Source: Carpediemonas membranifera BICM (lineage: Eukaryota; Protista; Fornicata). Taken from it: a stretch of DNA of 64,000 bases. Position numbers and translations under genes: made by a program. Each line of letters starts with the position of its first letter. Position 1 is the first letter of the stretch. The stretch covers positions 6,972-70,971 of the forward strand of contig JAHDYR010000011.1 of NCBI GenBank assembly GCA_019828565.1, given 5' to 3'. Shown piece by piece: positions 32,135-43,526 of this stretch. The notes under the pieces were generated by a model. That model did no database searches, was not told the origin of the DNA, and saw nothing but the letters and a program-made list of their open reading frames with translations.

Positions 32135-32299
32135 CCGCGGGAACTCTCATGGTCTTCTTAGGCCAAGACGCCATCGATGAGATCCGCGTGGTGTTCATCC
32201 CTACAAGACGGTTCCCGACTGTGATAGATAGTTGATTTTAACTCAATCGACTCAGGACTTTTAAAGACACCCAAATTGTTTCTCTGCTAAGTGTTGCCA

Positions 32300-32311
32300 C
32301 AGTAATTACTG
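32300..32311 (+). other. 12-bp perfect palindrome CAGTAATTACTG at the PBS position of Gypsy C
   Basis: Overlaps the ...CCACA LTR end; gag ATG at 32314. Confidence 0.8.
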
Positions 32312-32313
32312 AC

Positions 32314-34668
32314 ATGTCTAACACGATGAGAATTAATCTACCGCCTTTCCTGTCCAAGTCCTCGCCGGATGCATGGCAAAAGTTCCGCGATGAATACGTG
32401 GCCTATTCCGCCCGAGAAAAGGATGATCCTATCGCCATTTACGACCTTATCGCCACGCCGGTGATGGAGGTGTTCGGTATCCGCATGCCTATGATTCGCT
32501 CCTTCCTTGACGCGGTGAATGGCGTCGACGACACTGATGTCGACGACGAAGAAGAAGAGCAAGACTCCGACGCCAACGAGGAAGAAGAAGAGCAAGAAGA
32601 GCAGCCACGTGACGACGAGAACGAGGAAGATGACCACCAGCTCGAAGTAGGTAAGCGCACTGACCGCGACCTCAGCGGTGATTTCATCAACCTCGTAGAC
32701 GAGATATTCCAGCCCCTCGACGAGCTGGATGCGCTCGAGCGTTTCCAGGCCATCACCTGCCCAGATAAGGGAGACCTCCTGGAGAACATGAGCGAGTACG
32801 TCGTTAGCTACAAGAAGCAGCTGCGCAACTGTGCAGGCGTGACACCCGAATCCAAGCAACTGATAGACCAGTTCGTCGCTGGCATCAAGAACGAGTCGCT
32901 GAAGGCGCGTGTTAAGGCGGCCAAGAAGAGCCGTGATCTCGACAGGACGTTCGTGGTGGCCTGCGACCAGGCTAAGGAAGCGGAGCGAGGCAGACGGGAG
33001 ATGAAGCGTCAGAGGGAGGAGAAACCCCAGGCCGAGGAGACTAAGAACACCAAGTCGAAGCCCACTTGCAACTACTGCCACCGAAAGGGGCACCTCGAAA
33101 AAGACTGCTTCTTTAAGAAGAAGGACGAGGAACGTAGTGTAAAGGCTAAGAAGTGTTTGTCTCTGGGGGTGGATCCGACCGTTGGGTTAATGCGGTTCGG
33201 TCAGACGATGAGGCTGAACGCGCTTACGATGCGCTCGGACGAGCACGATGCCCGACCTAGGGGGCGATGCAAGATTTCGGACGCGGAGCTGAAGTTCCTG
33301 TACGACACGGGAGCGACGGCCGATTTTATTGACAAGACAGTAGTAGACAGACTGCAGTTTGTTGAATGCCAACGTTCCGTCAAGCTAGCGACGAGAACGA
33401 TACACACATGCAAGGGATACGTGGAAGCCACCGTAAGTTTCGGCATATTAGAGCTCACCGGAAGACATACCGAAGGACAGCTGCGGCTGTGGGTGCTGGA
33501 AGGCATGATTCCACGACTAACGATCGGGATCAGGACCCTCAATGCTTTGGGCCTGGTTCACATAAGAGGGACGCGCTGGGAACAGGACAAGTCCGGTGAG
33601 GACGCCGTGTTTGGCGAACTCGCAGAGGATGACGTCGATGAGGCGATCTTCGCGCTCGACGACGACGGGCAGCATGAGCCAGAGCTGTGTGGCTTGGCCA
33701 AGGAGACGCAGATGATACTGAAGATGTTCCCCGAGCTCTTTGGACCTATCACTGAGCCGGCAGACGTGAGACCGTTCGAACTCACGCTGACAGACAGGCG
33801 TGTCGTCAACATACCACCGTACAACCACAGCCCAGCCGAGAGGGAAGACATGGTTGCTCAGATGGAGAAGCTTGAGGACCTGAACGTCATCGAGAAGTCG
33901 ACCAGTGCGTACAACAACCCGACTGTCCTGGTTTGGAAGCGCGACCGGACCCGCAGGATATGTCTGGATTTCAGAAAGTTGAACGAGATCACTGAAGACT
34001 ACCAACACCCGCTACCGATTATTGAAGACCTGGTTGCCCGCCTCGAGGGGAAGGTAAGGTTCGCCAGCCTCGACCTGAGCAAAGCTTTTCACCAAATCCC
34101 GCTGAACGAGGACTCCAGGCCATTGACAGCATTCACGGTAGCAAAGAAGAAATATCAATACGCGAGGATGGCCTTTGGCCTCAAGGGAGCCGCAGCCTAT
34201 TTCCAACAGACGCTGGAGCCTGTGCTGGGCGATGCGCTCTGGACTAGGTGCCTTGTTTACATAGACGACATTGTCGTCTTCGGCGATGACGACGAAGAGT
34301 ACCTAGACAATCTTGCGTACGTTTTCGGCAAGCTGGATGCCGTAGGCCTCCGGCTGAATGCCGCGAAGACCTCGCTGGGCGCGACAAGGATCGATTACCT
34401 CGGGTATGAGGTCGACGGGGAGGGCAAGAGGATATCCCCGAGTCGCATGGACGCCATCGAGGAGCTCAGAGCTCCCACGGGAATCTCCGGGGTGAGAACT
34501 CTGCTCGGGCTGACTAACTACTTCAACCAGTACGTTAGCAGGTATGCCGACACAGTCAGACCAATCCAGGATCTGACGAAGAAAGGCACAACATTGCTGT
34601 CGAGCACACTTATTCAAGCTCTTCGGCATCATGCCTGCCGTCCTTCAGTCCAGTCGCCGCTAATCTAA
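32314..34668 (+). pseudogene. Gypsy C gag-PR-RT, truncated near 34592
   Basis: CNYCHRKGHLEKDC, LYDTGA, LDLSKAFHQ, MAFGL, YIDD; no RNase H or integrase follows. Confidence 0.92.
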
Positions 34669-34817
34669 CTACAATGCTCGATCGTGTCCTGCAAATGCTT
34701 CATGGCCAGACCTCGACCTGTTTGAGGGACGTCGCCTCATCATGCTTACTGCCCAAGCTCAGCTAAATGTCGCATTTACTATACAATGGGCCGTTACATA
34801 AGGTACATATATACACA

Positions 34818-37800
34818 CTATTCCTCCCCTTCCTCTTGAAGCAGCTCAGACAGATACGTCATCAACAGAGACTTAGCCCCCATCCCGTCTCTCGGGATCA
34901 TCTTCAGCAGGCCATGGACCATCTCCTCGTCATGCTGCAGAGCCTTAAATATTCTTCTAAAGACAAATCTGTAAGCGAGCACGAGAATGATCAAAATTCC
35001 AGCAACAAGAGGCAGATTCGACATCTGATGAATGAGCGCTGCCAGCGTTATGAACTGGTAATACGAGTCGAGCTCGGCCCACAACACAGTCGCCATTGGG
35101 CGATGGAGTTCCAACATTGTCTGGAATCCAATGTTATCAAAGCCACCGGGAGCGATGCATGAAGAGCCACCAGCATCGGGCGATAGGGTGTTTGCTGTGT
35201 CAACGAACAGAGCAATCATTGAGTCAAGACTTGTGTCCGACACGTAGGTGCAGTTGTCACAGTTGTCAGCGGAGGTAGAGGCACGAAGCATGTTTGTCAA
35301 GTGAAGGAGGGGGTCGTTGGTAGAGTCAAGGTCGTCGTGTAAGGCCTGGAAGTCGGCCACGGAAGCTTCAAATATTGTAAAGAAGCGGGCGGCGTGCTGG
35401 GCCTCAGATGCGATGGGAACGACCACGCTCATCGCTGAGAAGAAGTCGATGAGTCTCTGAGCACTCTGGGCGATCGTCTCGGACTGGTGGACGATAAAGT
35501 AGCCGGCACTTGACTCGATCGTGAGGAGACCGAAGAGAGCTCCGATCACCAAGAGAGAGAGCGTCGCGATGCGGTAATACCTGTTAGTTCGAGCCATGTT
35601 GGCACGCTGCTTGATGATGTTCGGCCGGCCAGGTGGCTTGGGCGCCGCGATCCGGACAGTCGTCAGGAATATCATCGCAAGCACAAGGGCCGCGGCTGAA
35701 GTAGAGGCGGCGACACCAGCGGCGACGAGGTAGAGGCGGTAGAGCTCGTCGTCGATGACCCCGGAGTAGTACGTTGTTGTCGCCGCTTGAACCGTGCCGA
35801 GTGAAGCATCGAATTTTTTCACGAGATAATCAAAATATTCGTCAAATATGATATATCTCGAGATCTTCTGCTGCTCATCAGATGAGAGGCCGGCGTCGGC
35901 AGCAGGCGTGGAGTACAAATGGGGCCGGTCATACGTGGCCGTTGGCATCTCAGCCTCATCATCATCAAAGCTGTAATCATACCCGTGGAGATTCGCCACT
36001 ATCGAATCAGATACGTCCCAGGCCCATAGCCCAAGCTGCAGACTGACCTGCTGGATGTGCTGCATGGCGTAGAACACGTCGTAAGCAGCCTGAGCGGCCT
36101 CCACAGCAACCCCCACCTCTCGTGTCTTAACCACCAGGTTCTCTGGAGCTGAACATGCGCCGAGTTCTGTGCTGTACTGGAAAGCGTAAATGATGGAGCC
36201 GAACTGAGAGAACACGCGGGCGTCCCTGAGTAGCTCGCGGTGGTGCTGGGAAAGGCAAGAGACGAGCCCGAGGATCGCGTCGCGGCTGTCGTTTGTGGTG
36301 GAAATAGTCATGGTTTCGGCGAGCAGGCCGACTGCGAACGTGATAGCCGCGCCTGTCGCAGCGAGCACGACTGCGAGAAGGACAGCGAGCACGGAAAACC
36401 CGAGAATCGCGGGCTTACGAGCTTCTTTCTTCCTCGCGGGCGACGAGTTCGGACTCATGTCACTTAGGATCGACCCCACCTGGGACGCCGACGGTCCAAG
36501 TGTATCTGCGGAGGTCGTAATAGATGCGTCGCCAGTCGGGTCGCTGATGACAGGTCTCTGGGTCAAGTGGGGAAAGGCGAAGTCGGCAATGGTGTGGCCC
36601 TGAGAGCAAGTAAATATATGTTGCTGGACTGTAAGTCTGTACGAGTCGATGATCCGGAGAGTGTACTCGAGAAGGAGGGCTACACCCGCCGCGACGACTA
36701 GGAGAGCGACAGCGCAGATAAAGCAGAGGAGGCTGATAGCCGCGCCGAGGCCGACGTACAGCTGGGTGGATTCTAGACTACTTGCGTCAGAGATGCCGTC
36801 AGAAGAGAGGGTGTCGCGCATATCAGTCATCGCATCCTGGGCGGCCGTCTTCTGGTCCCAATACGACGGGTCAGACATGATGACTCGAGCCAGAGTCAAC
36901 ATGGTGTCAGGTGACAAAGCACTGTCATTTGCGGTCGAAGTGTACATCCCGTGTAAGAACTGGTCCGTGCTCCTCTGACTCTCGTACTCGGCGACCTCGA
37001 GAGGGTACCTCGTCTCAGTGGAGTAGTCGTACTGGAAGCCGACAGACTGGCATTGTACGGCGCTGGTCAGGTCGGACGAGGCCATGTCGACCAGCTTGAG
37101 GGCTACTCGCTCCTGGTATGCAATCTGGTCGATTGTAGTCTTCGACTGGGCGATTGTTTGGAGTGCGAACGTGGGAAGGCCGTATTCCGAGAGTTCGATG
37201 ACGACATCATCCTTCATTCTCCCGTCGACGACTGAATAGTATTCGTCGAACGCAGAAATGTCAGCGGTGTGAGCAAACGTGAAAGCCGCCCACGTCTGGG
37301 TGTCGCAGAGTGCAACGAAGTCGTCTAGGGCCAGCCTGGTGGTAGCTACCTCCTCGTAAGTCTCAGTTATGGTTGGGGTAAGTATCACGTAAATACCGAG
37401 CAGCACGAGTGTTCCAAGCAGCGTGAGGGCGGCAGACACAGTGGCGCCGATGATGACGACCCACATGTACTGAAGCTTAACCCTTCTGCTGAGATACGCT
37501 GCCTGCAACTTCCTCGCCTCACCCTCCAGGGCAAGAATGAAGTCGGCCTCCGCGCTGTTCGGCTCAATACGGCTATCCCTGGTCCGGCTCGACGTGTCGG
37601 GCGTGCTCACCGCGAGCCGTTCGACTGAGTCAATCAGCTTGGCCTGGAACATGTTGGTGTCAGCAACCTCTTCCGAGTCAGTGTCCTCGGTGTTGTCTGA
37701 CACTGAAGCATCGTCCTCGTCGGCAAAACGGGTGCGCTGCTTCTGGGTGGGCAAGTCGTCGAGTTCCGTGGTCTCTGAGGCGAAGTGGGAGTCATCAACG

Positions 37801-40532
37801 TGCTCGCTGAACGTGATGGCGCGGCGTTGCGGCATTTGGATTCGGCGTACTTTCTTGCCTTTGCTGACCGTTACACGCACCATCTGATCCACAACAGCAC
37901 GCGATATGTGCAAAAAGAGGTTGATATTCTCAGTCTGCTTGCGGATTACAGTCCTGAACGCACGACGCAGCAGGAAGAACTGGAGAGAGATAATGATGAC
38001 AATTACAATCACCAGCAGCGCCGCATCCATCCCAAGCGAGAGCTTGGCGATAAAGTCCAGCGATCCTCTCGCTTGCCGGGCAGAGAACAACGCCGCCGCC
38101 AGGAAGTTTGTGACCGAGTTATCTCTGATGTACGCCAAGTCGGTGTCAGTGGCAGCGTTGTTCTTCATCCGTTCAAATCGGACAGCCATACTGGATAAAT
38201 ACTCGGCCAAGCTGGTCGTGCTTTGAGTGGGAACCAGCGGCGTGTCGGCACCGTACTCCGTGCTGAAGCTTGCTCGGGAATGCATGACTGTGTAGATGGA
38301 GTCAAACATGGTGGACATGATCACATTGCTCGTAGCAGTCTTGATGTCATCTGAGTCTGAGCGAAGTGTTGATACAATGGAGGCAAACTCGTCACTTAGT
38401 TCAGTGCTACTGTATCTTGCCCATTCTGAGACAATCTCGGGGTGGGTCGACTGCATCTCAATCAGTGTGGCAAGTGAAGATCCTTCGACCGCTCCAGCTC
38501 CAGTAGTACACGCGAGATACGTCAAATCAATCAACTCGCCAAGTAAAAACGACCTAGCCTGGAAGATGGCTGTGGACGAAATAAACACGAGACCCAGGAT
38601 CACCAGCAGAATCTGGACCGATACCCTGAGTCTCATGATGGTCGAGTGATTCTGCATCGATCCTGATGATCTCAACGCTGTTAGAATGGACGTCTCGCCA
38701 AGCTGCACCGACGCGAGTGAGGATTGGCGCGACTTGGAGCCTGAGGACTCAGAGGCATCGCTCGACTCATCCTTTCGTTTCCTCTGGACAATTTCATCCG
38801 CGATGTTGTAAAGCACCTTGGCCCTCGCTCCGTCCTGGCGTACGTTCTCAATGAACTCAGCGTATGTTCGAATCAGGGAGTCACGCTCGGGGAATGATTT
38901 GATCAAATGGACGTAGAGCTCGTCGGCCTGGCCCACGTGTCGGAAAATCTCGTTGCTGATCGAAAGAAGGCTGTTCACATCGGGGTTGGGGCAGTCGAGC
39001 GCCTGCCAGAAGCGGTGGATGGCGCGCTTGGCATGCTGCGTCTCCTCACGCGCCCGCTGCTGCTTCTTGTTCAGTCCGGCAAGAGTCTCGGAGTCGATCC
39101 CGGAGTCATGACGACGGCGGATGTTGTTCAGATCGGCTTGGACCGCTTGGAAGAGAGAAGCAGTGATTGGACCAAGCGGTTGAATCATATCTCGCTCAAT
39201 CATGGTGTGGATCCTAATAGATTCGCGTACGGCCACCTCGATATTCGCGGCGACCGACATTGCGAATTGGACCAAAACCAGCCGATCTCTGGCTGTCAGG
39301 TACTTCTCAGAACAAAGGAAGCGCATCGTGCTGCTGATAGATGAGAGTAGCGCGAAGTTATGCTCGAACTTTGCCTCGTTCTTGTTCTCTAACGAGAGCA
39401 TTTCCAGCCTGTCAGACGAATGGCGCATGGAAGCAGAGTACAGCTTACGGAGGGCTACAGCGGAAAATACGTAGAGATAGAAGTCCAGGGCCGCGGTTCG
39501 TGGCACCAGAACTGGCGGGGTTGTCTCTGAGATATTCAAATCAGCTCTTGACTTCAGGATCGACTTGGTAGTGTTTGCTGGGGTGCCGGCCTCCTCAGTG
39601 TCGTCGAGAGCAGAAGCGTTGACGAGCACAGCGCGGAGGCGGAGGTGGAGCATGGCTAGCTTGGCCAGACAGAAAGCAGCCGAGCAGAATACGGCGACTA
39701 GGATGACTGGGACCACGAGGACGGTGCTGTGGATGGGGACCAGGGCAAGCACGCCGGCCACTAGGTACATGGTTACGTGGGTAGCCCATACGGTGGGGTG
39801 GCCGTGCGATGGGGCGACGAAGTGGATGATGCCCATGGCAAGAGCGAAGCCTGCCACAATGAGGCGGGCCATAATCGCAACAAATGGGGTAGAGCTGGAC
39901 ATGAGGCTGAAGCAGCGTGTCGTAGCGAGTATGGTGAATGATACAAGGATGATTGGCTCAGCGACGACCCAGTGTGTTGGGAGTTGGAGGCGAAGGATGC
40001 TGAGATCAGTCACCCCGAAAGAAAAGTGGGTGAGGGCGTCCAATACAGCGAGGGCGACTATGCCGGCCAGGAGCATGCCGCAGAATATGCGGAATACAAC
40101 AACCGTGGTTACTGAGTAGCCAAGAGAGTCGAGGACGTTTGCAAGGTCGGACCCGCTGCTTGGATCGTCGAGGATGAAGACCGCGGAGAGTATCTGGACA
40201 ATGGGGATGATGAGGATGCCGCAGAAGTACCGCATGGCGATGGATAGGACGGTTAGGCGGCTGTGGTGTTGGATGGAACGAAGCACTACAAACTCCAGAA
40301 AAACGTCGGCTAGGATCACGAGAGTGCAACAGATCGCAACAACCAGGGCTATTTCGATCATTGTATCGGAAAGAAAAACGCCATAGCCACTGGGAAGCAG
40401 GTAACGGCTCGTGGTGTCGGGTAACGCAACCGAGATAAGCTGAAGGGAAATGAGAAGTAGGCTGAAGGGGAAATTTGCGTACTTGGATGCGGATAACCTA
40501 GTAGAACCGATGAAAAACGAAAGCTTCTCCAT
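34818..40532 (-). CDS. TmcB/TmcC-like multi-pass membrane protein, 1904 aa
   Basis: N-terminal multi-TM block; TPR-like segment (AIHRFWQAL...LIKSFP...LIRTYAEFIENV) and a Ser-rich linker typical of the Dictyostelium TmcB/C family; paired TM helices flanking extracellular loops. Confidence 0.75.
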   Translation of the reverse strand: MEKLSFFIGSTRLSASKYANFPFSLLLISLQLISVALPDTTSRYLLPSGYGVFLSDTMIEIALVVAICCTLVILADVFLEFVVLRSIQHHSRLTVLSIAMRYFCGILIIPIVQILSAVFILDDPSSGSDLANVLDSLGYSVTTVVVFRIFCGMLLAGIVALAVLDALTHFSFGVTDLSILRLQLPTHWVVAEPIILVSFTILATTRCFSLMSSSTPFVAIMARLIVAGFALAMGIIHFVAPSHGHPTVWATHVTMYLVAGVLALVPIHSTVLVVPVILVAVFCSAAFCLAKLAMLHLRLRAVLVNASALDDTEEAGTPANTTKSILKSRADLNISETTPPVLVPRTAALDFYLYVFSAVALRKLYSASMRHSSDRLEMLSLENKNEAKFEHNFALLSSISSTMRFLCSEKYLTARDRLVLVQFAMSVAANIEVAVRESIRIHTMIERDMIQPLGPITASLFQAVQADLNNIRRRHDSGIDSETLAGLNKKQQRAREETQHAKRAIHRFWQALDCPNPDVNSLLSISNEIFRHVGQADELYVHLIKSFPERDSLIRTYAEFIENVRQDGARAKVLYNIADEIVQRKRKDESSDASESSGSKSRQSSLASVQLGETSILTALRSSGSMQNHSTIMRLRVSVQILLVILGLVFISSTAIFQARSFLLGELIDLTYLACTTGAGAVEGSSLATLIEMQSTHPEIVSEWARYSSTELSDEFASIVSTLRSDSDDIKTATSNVIMSTMFDSIYTVMHSRASFSTEYGADTPLVPTQSTTSLAEYLSSMAVRFERMKNNAATDTDLAYIRDNSVTNFLAAALFSARQARGSLDFIAKLSLGMDAALLVIVIVIIISLQFFLLRRAFRTVIRKQTENINLFLHISRAVVDQMVRVTVSKGKKVRRIQMPQRRAITFSEHVDDSHFASETTELDDLPTQKQRTRFADEDDASVSDNTEDTDSEEVADTNMFQAKLIDSVERLAVSTPDTSSRTRDSRIEPNSAEADFILALEGEARKLQAAYLSRRVKLQYMWVVIIGATVSAALTLLGTLVLLGIYVILTPTITETYEEVATTRLALDDFVALCDTQTWAAFTFAHTADISAFDEYYSVVDGRMKDDVVIELSEYGLPTFALQTIAQSKTTIDQIAYQERVALKLVDMASSDLTSAVQCQSVGFQYDYSTETRYPLEVAEYESQRSTDQFLHGMYTSTANDSALSPDTMLTLARVIMSDPSYWDQKTAAQDAMTDMRDTLSSDGISDASSLESTQLYVGLGAAISLLCFICAVALLVVAAGVALLLEYTLRIIDSYRLTVQQHIFTCSQGHTIADFAFPHLTQRPVISDPTGDASITTSADTLGPSASQVGSILSDMSPNSSPARKKEARKPAILGFSVLAVLLAVVLAATGAAITFAVGLLAETMTISTTNDSRDAILGLVSCLSQHHRELLRDARVFSQFGSIIYAFQYSTELGACSAPENLVVKTREVGVAVEAAQAAYDVFYAMQHIQQVSLQLGLWAWDVSDSIVANLHGYDYSFDDDEAEMPTATYDRPHLYSTPAADAGLSSDEQQKISRYIIFDEYFDYLVKKFDASLGTVQAATTTYYSGVIDDELYRLYLVAAGVAASTSAAALVLAMIFLTTVRIAAPKPPGRPNIIKQRANMARTNRYYRIATLSLLVIGALFGLLTIESSAGYFIVHQSETIAQSAQRLIDFFSAMSVVVPIASEAQHAARFFTIFEASVADFQALHDDLDSTNDPLLHLTNMLRASTSADNCDNCTYVSDTSLDSMIALFVDTANTLSPDAGGSSCIAPGGFDNIGFQTMLELHRPMATVLWAELDSYYQFITLAALIHQMSNLPLVAGILIILVLAYRFVFRRIFKALQHDEEMVHGLLKMIPRDGMGAKSLLMTYLSELLQEEGEE

Positions 40533-40927
40533 CGGCTAGCCCACTTGCGTTAACACTAAAATGCGAAAAGTGTGAAACCTGCCGTACATCGTCGGTTCAC
40601 AGATGCCTGATGGCCAGTGATTGCAGTAGGTCGTCTGAACGCTGTGCAGCACAAAAATTGGGCCAGGCACATTATCGAGATTTCTGCCCAATGCCCACCG
40701 AATCGGAGAAGAAAATGGCGACTTTTGTGACGCTGTGTACTCTGCCGTTCTCTGCCGCTGCTGCTTGTATTTATGGCGGCCATTCTCGAACGTTGTACAG
40801 ATCACGAGATTAGCCAACCAAGCCTTCAGTTGTCGAAACCTCGGTCCAAGACAACCCTTCTCTTCATAAATACTTGCCGCTGTCAAGCACGAATCCTTTA
40901 TAGTTCTCTCCGAACCTTTATACTCAC

Positions 40928-41363
40928 TTAAGCGCGCTTGGTCTGCTTCTTGGAAGCCTTGGCCTCAGCGGCGGCGTGGGCCTTAGCCTGAGCCTTGGCA
41001 ACGCGAGCCTCCTCGCACAGGAAAGCACGGACGATGCGGTCGCGGACGGCACGGTGAGAAAGGTGGCCACCATAGACACGGGTAACGGTCTTGCTGCTCT
41101 TGGAAGCGGTGTGGAGCTGAGCGGGGCGCATGACGGGGAGCTAGATAAGTAGAAGTGTGTAGAAGACGTACGCCGTTAAGGATCATGCCAGTGACGGGGC
41201 AACGAGTGGCACGGGTGTGCTTCTTAAGGTGGCCAGCAACATAACGGCCACCGGGGGTGCGGCGAACACGGATCTTGTTGCCTTTGGTGTTATAGCTGCA
41301 CTGGCGTCTAAATAAGCATCATTTGAAGGCTACAAACCTGTAGACAACACGCGCGTCGGACAT
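40928..41363 (-). CDS. RPL34: 60S ribosomal protein L34 (eL34), introns 41308-41337 and 41141-41171
   Basis: Spliced product MSDARVVYRRQCSYNTKGNKIRVRRTPGGR...KTVTRVYGGHL...RIVRAFLCEE. Confidence 0.95.
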
Positions 41364-41381
41364 CGGGCTCGGCTTCACAAA

Positions 41382-41408
41382 TTCGACACAAGGGTGTCGA
41401 AATCAATC
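41382..41408 (-). promoter_or_regulatory. Palindromic element TTCGACAC-N4-GTGTCGAA upstream of RPL34, shared with the Gypsy A LTR
   Basis: 19-45 bp upstream of the ATG; 25/27 identical to 8740-8766. Confidence 0.55.
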
Positions 41409-42964
41409 AAATTTGATTGGCCCTCTGGCTAGACAATAATAGGGGATATATCCGGGGTGGCCCCTGATAGTTGCCGACAGTCTATATGCATTATCTCGCT
41501 TTCGAGTGTTTTGGAAGCACGCGGCTGGAATAAATGAGAGAGAAGACATGGGTCATGCCATCACTCATCATCGGACAAAACGCCCACACAAGGATATATA
41601 TGGCGCAAAGTTGGTTTATGCGACGCTCAACTCATCGTAGTCTCGTCATTCGCCTTGCGATGATCGCCCAAAAGATGCATGGTAGGTGTCTGCTAAGGCA
41701 AGATGAGGCACGTTACGGCGTTTAGAACACTCAATTTATACTTCTGAGACCTGTACAACAGGAAAAGACGAACATCTACTCGTCATCCACGAGTTCCGAC
41801 TCGAGAGCAGTCGAGTCGCATTAGACAGGTTCGCCATTGAGAGCTAACCTCGCCATTCTCCTACCAGGTCCAAACTTAATGCAATATGCCTTAAACAGTC
41901 TCCATGGATACTTTTGTGCATAGGATGATAGTTCAGCGCAGACTGGGGTGAGTGCGTCTTGTCCAGAGTGAAAGTTGGGCTGGGTAAAGATTTGAGCATC
42001 TCAATTATCTCTTTGGTCGAGTAGTCGAGCGTAGTGTGAATCAATCAGTTCATTGAAATGGTCGGCTTGGTTCGTCAAGGTCACGGGCCTGCCTGTCTCG
42101 CAGCCTCGACCGCAGATCGGTCTGAAGATCCTGGGCCTTAGAACAGAGCCCCAGTAACTCGCAGACCATCCCATGCACGGTGATCTGCTCCCCGCCCAGA
42201 ACCCGGTGCACTATATTCTGTCCAGGCCGACGGGCTTCGGGCTGGACATGTTTGATACGGGCCTCCGGGACAAGGGGTTTGAGAAATAACATTCTCTGCT
42301 GTTTGGTTGGCCACGTCTCACAGTTAAGGTAGCCAGAGATCGAGAAGCACCTCGACAGATTGATGCCTCAGCTCCTGGACTTGGATAATTGTACTACATC
42401 AAACTGCACTTCGATACAAGGTGTATGTAAATTTCTACGGATCTGTAGGTGATGAAGGGCCGAAGAAACTGGGGATTTCTTCTCGGCCTCAAAGTAGGCC
42501 TTCAATAATCAATCAAACGTAGCTCAAACAACGAGACCGCACTTATGTGGGACAGGAAATGCTATGAACACACTCTCGTGCTCCTTATCTCATAGTATTG
42601 CCGGACGCGATTCTTCAGTCATCGTGAGTCAGTGCAGTTTTAAGAAATCATCATCATCTGCGCCCTACTCAGCCAAAGATTGCGTTAGTACACGCGGCAG
42701 GCAATCAAAGTCATGGTATGAACCCAGTTCGACTTCGCCCCAGGTATTGCCCCTGAGGGTTTGAGGCGCCAACTCGAGTTCAATTTCGACCGGGTCTAGC
42801 ATGGTATTAGGTGTAACTAGAGTCTGGGGATGTACATGAACATACTGCTAGCGTGTCCTGACTGTTTATGGCATTCTTACACTGGTCGGGGTGAGCTGGG
42901 CATGGAGAGGTGGAAGGGTGTGGGGAGTCCGGTGGTCTTTCTGATTCTCGGGACGAGTTTCGAG

Positions 42965-43279
42965 TCATAAACTTATCATATGCCATACTCGGCATATTCG
43001 TGGGCGTGGGAGACGCTTTACAAGTGTGCACTTTAGATGGCGCTGGGCCTCAATGAGGTCGCCATCTTTAATTCCCAGTTCATAGGCGAATCGATCGCCA
43101 TAAAGCGTGAAAGTGGTGTTCTTGTTAGTGTTGGTCTTCTTGCAGAATGCATCAATTACTTTCTTCACGGGAGCGCTTTCGCGAATATTGAAGTGCAGTT
43201 CGTTGTCTGTTAGTCCGCGAACCCTAACCTGAATCTTCTTGCCATCCTTGGCAGCAGAATCCTGTCGGTTTTCTTCCAT
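42965..43279 (-). CDS. SUMO-like ubiquitin-fold protein lacking the terminal di-Gly
   Basis: KIQVRVRG...ELHFNIRESAPVKKVIDAFC...LYGDR...ELGIKDGDLIEA resembles SUMO/Rad60-SLD. Confidence 0.6.
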   Translation of the reverse strand: MEENRQDSAAKDGKKIQVRVRGLTDNELHFNIRESAPVKKVIDAFCKKTNTNKNTTFTLYGDRFAYELGIKDGDLIEAQRHLKCTLVKRLPRPRICRVWHMISL

Positions 43280-43526
43280 CAAAATTCTTGTTCCTGCATG
43301 GAGTCAGTGCAGTTTTAACTGTTCCATTTATGAGCCAACTCACGAAAAGGGTAAGGAGCGGGTTGGGTGCAGTTTCAACCAACCATTTACATTCATGACT
43401 CTTTTAAGCATATCAGTTTAACGCGCTCATATGAGCAAACCTCGAAATGCTGCACACAAGTCCTTTCCATGCACTCAACCGCCATGCAGCACGGAACATC
43501 ATATTTAAAACAACAACAGCAGTACT

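Larger units (their letters stand above)
27920..34592 (+). mobile_element. Ty3/Gypsy element C, 3'-truncated, with Gypsy D nested in its 5' LTR
   Basis: Putative LTR TGTG (27920)...CCACA (32301), interrupted at CCGC by Gypsy D; gag-pol breaks off after RT. Confidence 0.75.

Noticed and set aside
41700-42380. Possible degenerate or intron-rich gene
   Set aside because: Only short ORFs with no recognisable motif; no gene model could be built.
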